Assembly (NCBI GenBank): GCA_000388065.2
Contig: KB932201.1
Source: Fonticula alba ATCC 38817
Lineage: Eukaryota > Protista > Nucleariida
DNA length: 64,000 nucleotides
Strand: one strand, 5' to 3'
Shown here: positions 41,925 through 53,333 of the stretch, piece after piece
How the letters are laid out: every line of letters starts with the position of its first letter
Position numbering within the stretch: the stretch's first letter is position 1
Program-made: the position numbers and the translations under genes
Notes under the pieces: generated by a model
What the model was told of the DNA's origin: nothing
Seen by the model: the letters and a program-made list of their open reading frames with translations, nothing else
Database searches by the model: none

Positions 41925-43196
41925 GGGAGTGAGCACGCCCAAAGGACCACATGGGAGACCGTGCCCACGTGTGGGGAGGGCCCTCGGAGAGGGAAACAAT
42001 CTGCGGATTTCTGCCTCGCCTCGCTCTTTCTGTCCGCCTCCGCACGGGGTCTTTCCGCCGCCAGGCTGCTCCCAGCAGCCGGTCCGGCTGGGTGACCGAT
42101 CCTGCTGTATGTGTAGTCAATAAAAAGCAATCCACATATTAAAAAAAAAAGCAGGCAGGGTGCTTTGTTGTGGGGCATGGATTGGTGAACGAGGGTGATG
42201 ATGGGGGCCACCCCGCAGGCGCGCACACCAACAACGGGCTAAGGCGACTTGCTCCCTCCCAGGCCCAGCACCCCCTCTGAGGTGTGGGCGGGGGGGGGGG
42301 GAACAGGCGCCAGTGGGTTTGGAATCGTAGAACCGGGCCGGGGTGATAGCCGCGATGCTTGTGGAGCGCCCCGCTACCGTTGGTACCTTCTCGTGCTTCC
42401 AGAAGGAACAACATCCGCCGTACCCGTGGGGCACTTTCCCCCGGCCCCCGGAGGGAAGCCGGCTGCTGCGGGAGGATCTTCCGGCAACCGAACACACGGC
42501 GACGTCTCCGACGGTTAGGAGCGGCGAAGGCCGTGTATTACCGGTCTGCGATGGCGGGCTCGGGAACAACGGCAACAGGGGTCACTACGCACGGGTCGGC
42601 TGGGGGTAACGACAATTTGAAATCCCCAATGCGTGGGCCTTTGCAGGCAGGTGCGTGGGCCCCCAGGGCCTTGGAGATCCCCCTCCCCCCGTGGGCGAGG
42701 AGCGTTTGGGCCTCGGGAAGCCTCCAGTCCCCCCTGACTCACATCTCTCTCTCTCTCTCCCTCCCATTCGCCCTTCTACTTCCTTCCCAAGCACATTGTC
42801 AACACAAATAGAGTGTCCAACTTTCAAATGAGAAGAATGCCTCCTTCCGGACGCCTGCTCGCTCAAGGTCGAAGCCGCGACCGGTGAACATGCCCCCTCT
42901 TCCTCGGCCGCGCTTTGCCTCTCACGCAGCCATGTCGCTCTGAGCAGAAAAAAAAACAGACAAAAGAGCCCCCTCGGGAGCAGCATCCGCACCCATCAAG
43001 CCGCATCTCTCTTTCCTTCGTCTCATGCCCGCAACGTGCCACCTGGCTACCCCGGCCCTCCTCTCTTCCTCGCCCCCCTCCCCCCCCCCTCCTCCTGCTC
43101 CTCCCTCCCCGCCGCCCGCTTCCGGAGTGCGTCTCGGTCCCTGCCAGATCGCCCGATCCGCCCACGCTACGGGGCCCTCCTGTCCTGCACTTCAGC

Positions 43197-46190
43197 ATGA
43201 CCTCCGGTGATCGGAGTGCCTTGGCCTCGCGCGACGCGGCGGCCGAGCGAGGGGTCGGTGCGCCGATGGATCTCGACTCCAGCTCGCGTGTGGAGACCGG
43301 CACCATGAGGTTTGTCACCTCTCGCTCTTTTTTCGCGTGCTTTTCCGTCGGGGGCACTTTGTTCCCTTTCATTGGTCTCTCCTTCGAGAGACATACTGAC
43401 CCCCCTCCCCCTCCTCCTCCCCTGGCAACCCAGCTCCACGTTCGGCTCAACCTCGATGGCTTCCTCCTCATGGGCCTTTCGTCCGTTAGCCCGGCCGCCG
43501 GGTGGATCATTTGCCGCGCGCTCGTCCCTCGGCGATCACCTGGATTCACCGAGCAAAGCCCCCTCAGATGGGCGTTTGACCCTGTCGGCGGCCGACCGCT
43601 CGGCTTTGGCCAACGAAACGAGTGCCTTCCCTTTCAAGCCGGCCTCCAGCGGCACCAGCCACCTGCGCTCATCCCTGAGCGAGGCAGACCTCCTGGATGA
43701 TGGACCCACCTCGAGCACATCGGCCGATCGTCGGACCTCCTTCGGCCTGGGTGCCTCTGCATCGACCTCCGGCCTGGGGATTTCGATTCCGGGCGGCCGG
43801 TTTGGTGCCACTGACCGGGCAGCCGACCGCTCGGGCCCCTCGACGCCGCTGTTTGGTGGCGCCCCAGCCAGCTCCGCTGCTGCTGCTGCCGCGACTGCTG
43901 CCTCTGCTTCCCAGACCTCGGCGGCACCGGGCACCCCTCAGCGGGAATTCCTGCCCACCGTTGATGATGTTGGTGGCCTTGTTCTCAAGGAGCCTGAGTA
44001 CACCTTCTCTCCAGGGTCCAACAACAGCCCCGTCTTCCAGCGAAACGCGCCGTCCATTCATTCGCGGCTCAATGGCCGGCGTCAACTCCGCACCGCGCAG
44101 CAGGTGAGCACATCCACCGCTGGCCTTATGCCGGCTTTTACTTGCCCTCCCCTTTCCTCCTTCCCGCCCCCCCCCCCCCCCCCTCCACCCTTCCTCTAGC
44201 CCTTTTCATATATGCCGCTGAATTCCCCCTTTACTGACACGGGAAGTGGGGGCAGGCCTTGATGAATCCCCGCCGGCCGGCCCCGGCATCGGAGGCTGGC
44301 TTCGCCTCGCCGGCCGGCCACCACGGTGGTGCCTACCCTGCTGCTCCTCAGTCCCCGTACTACCACGGGATGGAGCATCACCACTTGGCATATGGTGCTT
44401 CGCCGGCTGGCGGCCATGCCCTTTATTCGCCGGTCACGCCGGGGCTCATGTACTCGCCGTACGGCGGGGCTCCGACCGTGGCTCCGGTCTTTTCCGGTGC
44501 CATGCTTTATGGATCGCCGATGGCGGCCCATGGGCCAGCCACGGCCACGCCTCTCGGCCAGGAGAAAAAGCCGGCCTTGGCTGAGACCTCGAGCGCCGAG
44601 ACAGCTGCTGCTGGTGAAACACCGCCCGGTGCCACCTCGGCCACCGCTGCCATGGCGGCCGAGGGCACCGCCGGCGGTGCCCTGATCCCCCAAAATGCCT
44701 CGGAATCTGGCGCCAAGACCGCCGATGGCAACGGCGGCGCAGGTGGGCGGCCGCCCGCCGGTCGTCGGGCCCGTCACCCAGGTCGCGGCAAGTCCTGGAC
44801 CTCGTACATTCCCTCGCTCAATCAGGCTCTCGGGTGCGTGGCATGCCGGGCCTTCTCTCCTGTGATTTTTCCTCTTCTCCTTCTTCCTCCTTCCACCCGT
44901 CGCAATGCGTGCCAGCCATTGAAACCGGCAGCCCCAGTGACTGACACGAGGTGCCTGAATGTGCATGTTTGCCTTTGCCCTCCTTTGGGGTCGCGCGGCC
45001 ATGGGAGAGCAGTTTTATTCAGCTTCTGTTCAATGTCAGCATCGTGGCTGGGATCCTGTATCTCCTTTACCGAGTTTACTTCCACATCAGCAGTGACATT
45101 GACATCCGGCTGCAACGCCTCCAGCAGGGTGCGTGCTGCCCTTGAACTTGTCCTCTTCCTCTCTTTCTATTTCCCCCTCATCCTCGCGCGCGCAAGCGAG
45201 CGAGAGAGGGAGCGAGGGCCCTCATTCGCTCCACTAACTCTGACCTTTGCCATTTTCACACGCGCAGACCAATCTGCCGTTGTCAATCAGTGCATCTCCG
45301 ACTACAACTCCAACCGTTGCTCCGAGAAGGACATCCCGAAGGCTCTGGAGAAGTACTGCTCGGATCTGCTGGTTTGCATGCAGCGCAACCATGAGGATGT
45401 TGAGCAGACCACCATCATGGCCCAGGTGCTGGCCGGCGCGGTGAATGCCTTTTTCGAGCAGTTTTCCATCCGCACAGTGGTACGCCCCGGTTTGCTGTGC
45501 CATGCGCGTGTTTTTCGCATATCCGGCCTTTGCCCGAGGAATTGTCCCCCATTTTGCTCCTCCTCTTGCCTGTTTCCCTTTCCATTTGATGGCCTTGCGA
45601 ATGCCCCTCTGACACTCTCGCTTGGACATGGTAAATGTGCTGCGCGTCCGGCTCAGCTCCTTTGTGCCCTGCTCATTGTCGTGGGGACGTACATCACCAA
45701 CCTGTCCCTGACCCGACTGCAGGCGGTCACCGAATGGCGCAAGACGCCGGGCAATGGCCAAGCCTCATCGACCGGCGGGCGCCGTGGAGGTCGCTTTGCC
45801 CGGCGCGGTGGCCCCGCCACTCGGCGTGGCTACTACTCGTCTGAAGAGCGCGACGATGATGAGGGGAGCTCCTCCGAGGAGGAGGAGGACGAAGATTACT
45901 CGGCCGGGCGCTCGGGGGCCGGGTCGTCACGCGGGCGCGATTCGTCGGCTCGGCACCGCGGCCGCCGGCCGGACTCGGGCCCCCCTGCCGGCGGGGCAGG
46001 GCCGGTGTTGTATGCCCCCCTGGCACCAGGGCCTCTGGCCCCCTACTCGGTGGCCGGAACCCCGATGCACATGGTCCCTCCCATGTATGTGTCATCCCCC
46101 TTGCGGCGAGATGCCTTCCCTTCGACATCGCATGGCGCCCATCATCACCCCCACGGTACTGCTGCGCCTGGATCGACCTCAGTACGTTGA
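43197..46190 (+). CDS. BRL1: Brl1/Brr6-family nuclear envelope membrane protein, 6 exons
   Basis: Exons approx.: 43197-43309, 43434-44103, 44256-44833, 45013-45128, 45268-45479, 45657-46190. TM1 FIQLLFNVSIVAGILYLLY; lumenal four-Cys domain NQCISDYNSNRC...PKALEKYC....CMQ; amphipathic helix AQVLAGAVNAFF; TM2 LLCALLIVVGTYITNL. TACTGAC branch points in introns 1 and 2. Confidence 0.85.
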
Positions 46191-47383
46191 TTTGTCCGCC
46201 GGATTGTGTGTACACGCACACACAGCCGCAACCATGCATGCCGATGGGGAGGATGGTCCTCTGCTAACACTCGCGTGCTCTGACCTGTCCCTTCTCCGGG
46301 GGCTGCCTACACGGCCGATCATAGTAGATTTTCCCCGGCACCCGGCCAGCCCCCGCGCCATCGGCCGCATCAGACCGCCCGGCCAGTCCGTTTGGTCGTC
46401 CTCTGCTGGGATCAACAGCCGCCGCGACCCCGGCCAATGGCCCTCCGCCAGGCCCCCCTCGCAAGCCATACAATTTTACCCCGCTCACATACCAGCCTCC
46501 TGCGCTGGCGGCGGAAGGTAAGGACGCTCCCTCCTCCCCTCAGACCCCCTCTCCAGCAGCCCCTCGGTGATGATGGGCGAGTGCTTCTCGCCTGGCACCG
46601 TGCCCATCCCCCTTTGCCCGTCCGGTGGCAAGGGACAAAGCACAAGAATACACACACACACACACCTACACCCAAGTTCCTCTCGTGGAAAGGGAAAAAC
46701 AAACAGAGTCCGTGCCGAGCAACCCCCTCCTCCCCCTCGCCCGCCCTCTGGGCACGCAACTACATCACATAAAGAGAAAAAGCCGAAAAGCAGGACAAAG
46801 GCCTGAAATGGGGAAAAAAAAAACAGCCAGCAAACAGAAGAACGGGAAAGGAAAAGGCAAGCACAAGAGGGGGAGAGAGGAGAACCACCACCACCCTGAG
46901 ATCATGGAGCCAAGCCAGTACATTAAGGACAGGGGGGACGACACAAAATGTGGGATGGGGAAACCTAACACTAGGGGGGAACTACTACAAGGGGGGCATC
47001 ATGGGCATATGCTCACGCGGCACAGACACACACACGCACGGAGGCATATATATATGACGGCACCACATGCAGACACAAGCGCAACATCAACCGGAAGAGG
47101 AGAGAATGAACAGGGGGGGGGGAGCAGGGAAATGCTCCACCACCGGAATCAAGCCCCCGGACTTCCTGGTGGCCTCTCCCCCCGACACTACCTGCCGGCG
47201 CGGGGGGGCCTTTTTTCAAGGTTGAAGAAGGGGGAGAGGTCCAAGTGATGGGGTGCCATTGATCGCGGAGCCCCTCGCGCGCGGATGCGCACGCGCGGAC
47301 GACGCGAGTGGAACTAAAAGCCCGCGCGCGCGCGCGCGCGCGCACAGCGCAAAGCCATGGCGCGCCGGCGACGAGAAGGCCAC

Positions 47384-48837
47384 TTACATGTCGTAGGGGG
47401 TGCGGAGGAGGCGGTTGGGGGAACCGTTGACGTTGGAGATGACACCGTTGGTGGCATCGGCGACGATCTTGTTGAAGAGGGTGGCCGGGGCCATGGAGCC
47501 CTCGCGAGAGAGGATGAGAGCGGCAGCACCGGAAACGTGGGGGCAAGCCATGGAGGTACCGGAGATGGTGTTGGTGGCGGTGGAAGAACCGATCCAGGCG
47601 GAGGTGATGGAAACACCAGGGGCGAAGATGTCGGTGCAAGAGCCGTAGTTGGAGAAGGAGGCGCGCCAGTCGCTGCGGTCGGAGGCGTTGACGGTGAAGG
47701 CGAAGGGAGAGCGAGCCGGGGAGTAGTTGCAGGCATCGGCGTTGGAGTTACCGGAGGCAACAATGACGGCGAGACCCTGCTTGGTGGCGGCCTCGACGGC
47801 GTCGTCGATGACCAGGGAGGCACCACCACCGAGGGACATGGAGGCGACGGAGCGCTTGTGGGCGCTGGCGGCGTGCTGCTGGGCGGACCAGGAGACACCG
47901 GCGGCGACGTTGGACAGGGAGCCGGAGCCGAGGGCGCCGAGGACCTTGACACCAATCAGGTTGGCCTTCTTGGCAACACCCCAGGTGGTACCACCTATCG
48001 GAAGCGCGGAGGGGCGGGGGAGACAAGCAGATGCATGGTGAGAACAGGGAAAAAGCAAGCGTAGGGAGAGGGGGAAAGAGGGGGAAAGAGGGAGAAAGAG
48101 AGGGAAAGAGAGGGAAAGAGAGGGAAAGAGAGGGAAAGAGAGGGAAAGAGAGAAGACGCCAGGCCGGAGAGGGGAGGGGGAGAGGGGCGGGCGACAAGCG
48201 GGATAAGGAGGAGGAGGAGGAGGAGGGGGAGGCACGCACCGATGGTACCGGCACAGTGAGTACCGTGACCGTTGTCATCGTTGGCGTTGGGGGTGCCGCT
48301 GTGGAAGTTGTAGCCGGAGGAGGAGCGGCCACCGAAGTCGGTGTGGCCGTTGTTGATACCGGTGTCGACGACGTAGACGTCGACGCCAGCACCGGCGGTG
48401 GTGTGGTAGTTGTACTTGGAGTCCAGGGGCAGGTTGGTCTGGTCGACACGGTCAATACCCCAGGTGGCGTTGGGCTGGGTGGTGAAGGCATCAGCGCGGA
48501 CGATGGAGTCCTGCTCGACGTAGTCGACGATGTCGGTGCGGGCGCGGATCTGCTCGAGGGCCTCCTCGTCGAGGTAGGCGGCGAGGGCCTTGAAGCGGCG
48601 GCCGATGTTCATGAAGCGCATGGAAGCGTCCTTCTCCAGACCCATGGAGCGAGAGAAGAAGCGGGCCTCGGCGACGGAGACATCGGGGCGGAAGACGACG
48701 ATGTACTGGTTGGGGATCAGCTCGTCGGCATCGGCGACCAGGGGGGCGTAGCCGTTGCGGGCGTTGGCCAGGGGGGCAGCCGAGGCGACGGCGGCCATCA
48801 TGAGGGTGGCGAAAGCGGCGAGGACGAGGGCACGCAT
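47384..48837 (-). CDS. Secreted or vacuolar subtilisin-like serine protease, proteinase K subfamily (S8A) with I9 propeptide, 2 coding exons
   Basis: Exons: 48837-48240, 47994-47384. Signal peptide MRALVLAAFATLMMAAVASA; I9 motif IPNQYIVVF...VDYVEQD; triad VYVVDTG / NGHGTHCAG / SGTSMACPHVSG; oxyanion ASGN; C-terminal GSPNRLL. Third positions are visibly C-rich, suggesting high expression (inference). Confidence 0.95.
48058..48150. repeat. Intronic (AGAGAGGGAA)n decamer repeat, about 5-6 copies
   Basis: Visible in the subtilisin intron. Confidence 0.85.
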
Positions 48838-48855
48838 GGTTGCTAGATGAATTGT

Positions 48856-49014
48856 CTGGGTGTGGACGGGGGCGGGGCGGGGCGGGGCGGGGAGGCGGAC
48901 GGGTAAGTACAAAGCGAAGAGGCGAGGCGAAGGAGGGGGGGGCGGAGACAGGGAGAGAGGGGAGGGAGGAAAGCGCACAACTTGTTTGGGTCAAAGGAAA
49001 ACACAAAAAAGTAC
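48856..49014 (-). other. Probable 5-prime UTR intron of the subtilisin gene
   Basis: GTACTT donor at 49014, pyrimidine-rich body, CAG acceptor ending 19 nt before the ATG. Confidence 0.55.
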
Positions 49015-52000
49015 GGTAGCCAGCTGTGGAGGTCCTTCGGCGCGGTGCACACTGCCTTTTAGAGGGGGCGGAAGCGTGGCTTGGGGTGGGGCTTTCCTGC
49101 CCCCCGGCCCCCCCCCCCCCCCCCCCCCTGCACATACACGCAAACACAGCGAGATACTGGCAGACACACATCCCTCGCGCACCTTGATGTGCTCTCGACG
49201 AGGCCAGTCATCGCCCAGGACTCGGAGGCTCACGCCACGACCACGCAGCCAGGGATGAAAGCCGCTGCAATCACCATCAGACTCACGCGGTGGCCAACAC
49301 GGACCCGGCCCGCAGGCGGGCAGACGAAAGGGGCGCGCCGGCACATGCACTCCGAGGAAGGGGGGGCCTCGCCCCCCGCCCCCTAGCAGCGGGACTGGAA
49401 GACCATGCGCGCGGGCCAGGGCGAGGCTCAGACAAGATAACCGGCTCGGACACTTGGAAACACAATAACCCGGGGGACCCAGACTACACCGGGGACCTGC
49501 ATGCCGCCCGGGCTTCTTGGGTCCGGGAGGACGAAATGGACCAGAGGGGAAAAAGCAGCCCCACGCCTGGACGCCGCCCCCGTTCCCGCCCCCCCCCCCC
49601 CGGGGGGGGGTGGGCACAATATGTACACAGCCCCAGCGGGCAGGTGCGACTTGCGTTCCGCCGGGGGCGTGCTTCCCAGGCGACTCTGAAACAGGGCCGA
49701 CAACGGCGGGCCGCCCCCCCGGCCGGCAAAAGAAAAACAAACACCTCAGAAGAGTATGCGACCCCCCTGAGCGGGTATGCACTTGCACGCATGTGTGCAC
49801 CACACAAGGGCCCTTCTAACCGGCGTGGCCGAGGGGGACAACAGGGACTGACACAGGAGTGACCACTGCCAGACACTTGACCGGCTGGCGAGCCGGCGGA
49901 AGAGGCCGGGAGCTGCGCTCCGGAGGCCCTTGCCGCTGGCCCGGGCCAAGGGAGAAGGGCACTCCACGGTCGTTGGCGCAACGGCCGCCCAACTCGCAGC
50001 GGGGGGGGGGGGGAGTCCGGGCGCGGGCCAGGGCGTACGTAATCCGCCCCTCCAACTACGGACCAAATAATGTGAAACTTCTCGGGCGAGCGAACGTCGA
50101 AAACGGGAATGTAATGAAGCCTCGCCCGGAGGACGGCCTCTCAATTAGGCGCGTCCATCCAGGCAAGTGCTCTGAATAAAGAAGAGAGGCCGGGACCACC
50201 CCGGCGGGGCCGGCGGCCGGGGGGAGGGGGGGGGGAGGGGGCGGTGGCGCTAACAGGGGCCGCCGACCCGGGTGAAATGCTTGGTGGCAGGGCGCGGGCG
50301 TGCCCGGGGGGGGGGGGGGCCGGGGCGCCTGGTATTATGGTTTCGTGGACCCCGCCAGAGATGCGGGTGTGCTCCCAAACGAGCCCGTTAAGAATGCACG
50401 GGTATCGGATCAGTGGACCGCGGGCGCAGGCTGGACGGGCGGACGGACGGACGGACGGACGGACGAATCCCCGACTGAGTCCGCCCCGCGCCGCCCCCTG
50501 GCGGCTGCTTTCACACCTCCGGGCGTCACAGCACCACGCCGAGGGCCGAGGGCACACGCGAAAGCATGGGACTAGAATGCTCGTTTGTTCCGGCCAAGGG
50601 GGCGGGAGGGCGGGGGGGCAAAGGTGTCACCAAAAACTCTATATTTGCCCCATTATTATTGAGCGCTTCGGGGCCGAACTTGCTTGCCGCCTGCCGCCTG
50701 CCGCGAGACGGTCACTTCCTTGCAACCGGGGGCATGGGGAAGCCCGGGCCTTGGCAAGGGGCAGGCCCCGCTTCTCCCGAGCAAGGGGCGAGTCAGTGTG
50801 TTGGCCGCAACATGGCCTGGCGCGCCAGCGCGGATACCCCGAGTTTTTTTTTTCGGCAGCTCGTGTGACCGCCCTCTCGCCCCCCCCCCCCCGGGTCCGG
50901 CAGGGGCTGGAGGGCCGTCCCAGGAGGGCGGGAGGGGGGGGGGCAAGCAAGGGAGATACCACCAGGATGCTTACCGGCCTTCCCGTGCGGAGAGGCTCTC
51001 TCCTCACCAAGGCAACTCCCGCGAGAAAGGGGCAGGGACCAAGGAATACCCCCCACCTGACTGCCGCCCGGGTCGCGGCTCGGCTCCCCCGCAGCCCCAT
51101 GGGTTGCCCGCTGGGCCGAGGCCGAGTCCAGGGCACCGGCCGTCCCCGAGTCCGGGCCCTGTTGCAAGCGGCTTTTGCTCCCTCCACCCTCGCCCCCCCC
51201 CCCCCCCNNNNNNNNNNNNNNNNNNNNNNNNNNNNNNNNNNNNNNNNNNNNNNNNNNNNNNNNNNNNNNNNNNNNNNNNNNNNNNNNNNNNNNNNNNNNN
51301 NNNNNNNNNNNNNNNNNNNNNNNNNNNNNNNNNNNNNNNNNNNNNNNNNNNNNNNNNNNNNNNNNNNNNNNNNNNNNNNNNNNNNNNNNNNNNNNNNNNN
51401 NNNNNNNNNNNNNNNNNNNNNNNNNNNNNNNNNNNNNNNNNNNNNNNCCCCTGCCCCTGCCCCCCCCCCGGCCCTCTCGGCTGCGGGGAGATTGGATCTC
51501 GCAGCCGATTCAGCCGGTCCCTGCCCGTCCTGGGGGGTGGTCAGCCGGCACTCCCAGCCCCAGGCAGCCTCTCCGGGAAAAAAACGCCTTTCCTCGCGAG
51601 GCTGACGCACGGCAGGGCGCTCGCCCCGCCGGGACCCGAGTCCACCGCTCGATCCCTGTCTCCGAGGGCAGTGGCAGCCGAGGCCAGGGCGGGGGGGAGG
51701 GAGGTTCCTCGCAGCAGGAGTAGGGAGCGCGCCGGGGCCGGCGCATCGCCGAGAGCCTGGCAGGTCGCGCCGGGCGCCCTCCGCCCGCATTCGAGCGGGG
51801 CAAGTCTCGCCGCCGGAGCCTGGACGCCGGGCTCGGCGGGGGGGGAGGGGGGGCGGCCGATGTCGTCCCCGGCCTGGCCCCTGCCCGGCGCCCCACTTCC
51901 CCCGGGCACAAAAACGCCCGCCGCAGGGCTGGGAAAAACGGGCCGAGACAGGCAGCCCACGCAGACAGATTCGTCCGCGCCCCCTTGTAGGCCCCCGGGC

Positions 52001-53105
52001 GTGCCCACACCCATAAGCCGCCTGCACAACAGACGCACGCAGAGGGAGAGACGGAGAGCGAGAGAGGCGGAGGGACTGCCAGAGGTATGCCCTGCCCTGC
52101 CCTGCGGGAGCAGGCCACGATAAACCCCATTCTCCGGGGCACGAGACATGCCCCGAATGTGACTTCAGAATGTCGTTCGGGGGATCTACTCGGCGCTGTA
52201 GAATCATCAAAAGCTCCTTTCGGAGACCATTCCCCGTGTGTGTGTGTGTGTGTCCGGTGGGGGCGCCGACCATACGCACACACACACACACCATGTCCCA
52301 GGCCCCTCCAGCCTGGGGGGAATAATTCGCTCGGCACTGAGGTGGGCCTGGTGGCGGGCAGCCCGTGCGATCTTCCAGGGACCACCCTCTTTGTGTCTCC
52401 AGCGGGGGAAGGCCCGTCCGTCCCGCCGCCACCGGGGGCCCAACCGGACGCCCGGCAGCCGATCCCCCTTCCCTTGCCCAGCTCCCTCCTGGGCGCGATT
52501 TTCTTTCGGACATCTCCCGGGCAGCATCACCGGCTGGCATGCGGGGGGCGCGGGGGCCTCCCGGACCGGTGCCCCGCCACTGGGAATCGTACGATGTTAC
52601 GCCAACCCCGCGGGTCCTCAGACCAGCCACCGGGTCGCTATGTGCAGCCTCCCCCCGGCCCCGAGCGTGCTCATTTTCCGGGCCTTCACAAGGGGGCGAG
52701 GTCGGCCGCGCCCCAGATCCGGTCGGGGGCCCTGGCGGGAGGGGGAGGCAGGCTTGTCGGCGTGCGTGTGCGATTTACATGTCCCCCGCGCGCCCTGGCG
52801 CGGCTGGCCTCGGCGGAAAAATCAGGCCACCCAACCGGGGCGAAGCCGGCTCCGGGGAGGGCGGGGCGGGGCGGGGCGGGGCGGGGAGGGTCGCGGCTCC
52901 TGTCGGTGGGCGTTTTGGTCCTGTGTTCCCGTGCCCGCGGGCCGGGAACAGAGAGCGCCCTGCCGCCGGGCTGTTCGAACATGCACGAACGCGTGCAGAC
53001 CAGGACCGCCGACAGCCGGCCCGATCATCGGTCAGTCGGCGTGCCCGCCCGGGTGGACTGGGCATGGCCTGAGGGGTAGCGGGCCCCAGTTCCCGGCCAG
53101 GGATG

Positions 53106-53327
53106 TGAGCGGAGGCCGGGACACCCTGGGGCTCGCCCGTTTGCCTGCCTGTGCCGTCGGCCTGCCTTACACACGGCCAGGACTTTCGGGTTGTTGATCA
53201 GCCCATCTTTGATCTCCCCTCGCCCGGCCTGTTCCTCCTCCCCCCCCCCCTTGGAGGGTAAGGGGGAGAGATCGAGATCTGCCCCGTCCCCTCGCGGGCT
53301 TTCGCCCGATCGCGCTGCCCCCGACAG
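53106..53327 (+). other. Possible 5-prime UTR intron of the SREBP-like gene
   Basis: GTGAGC donor; CAG acceptor ending at 53327, shortly before ATG 53334. Confidence 0.4.
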
Positions 53328-53333
53328 GGCCCG

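Noticed and set aside
47384-48837. Subtilisin as the SREBP site-1 protease ortholog, or as a recent bacterial transfer
   Set aside because: It is about 410 aa, proteinase K-type and has no TM anchor, unlike S1P. It resembles aqualysin-like enzymes but also fungal ones, and it has a spliceosomal intron; transfer cannot be claimed without a phylogeny.
50244-52630. Long ORFs (453, 479 and 663 aa) in the subtilisin-SREBP spacer
   Set aside because: They span an N-gap, are R/G/P/A-rich as expected from base composition, and show no domains or consistent splice structure.
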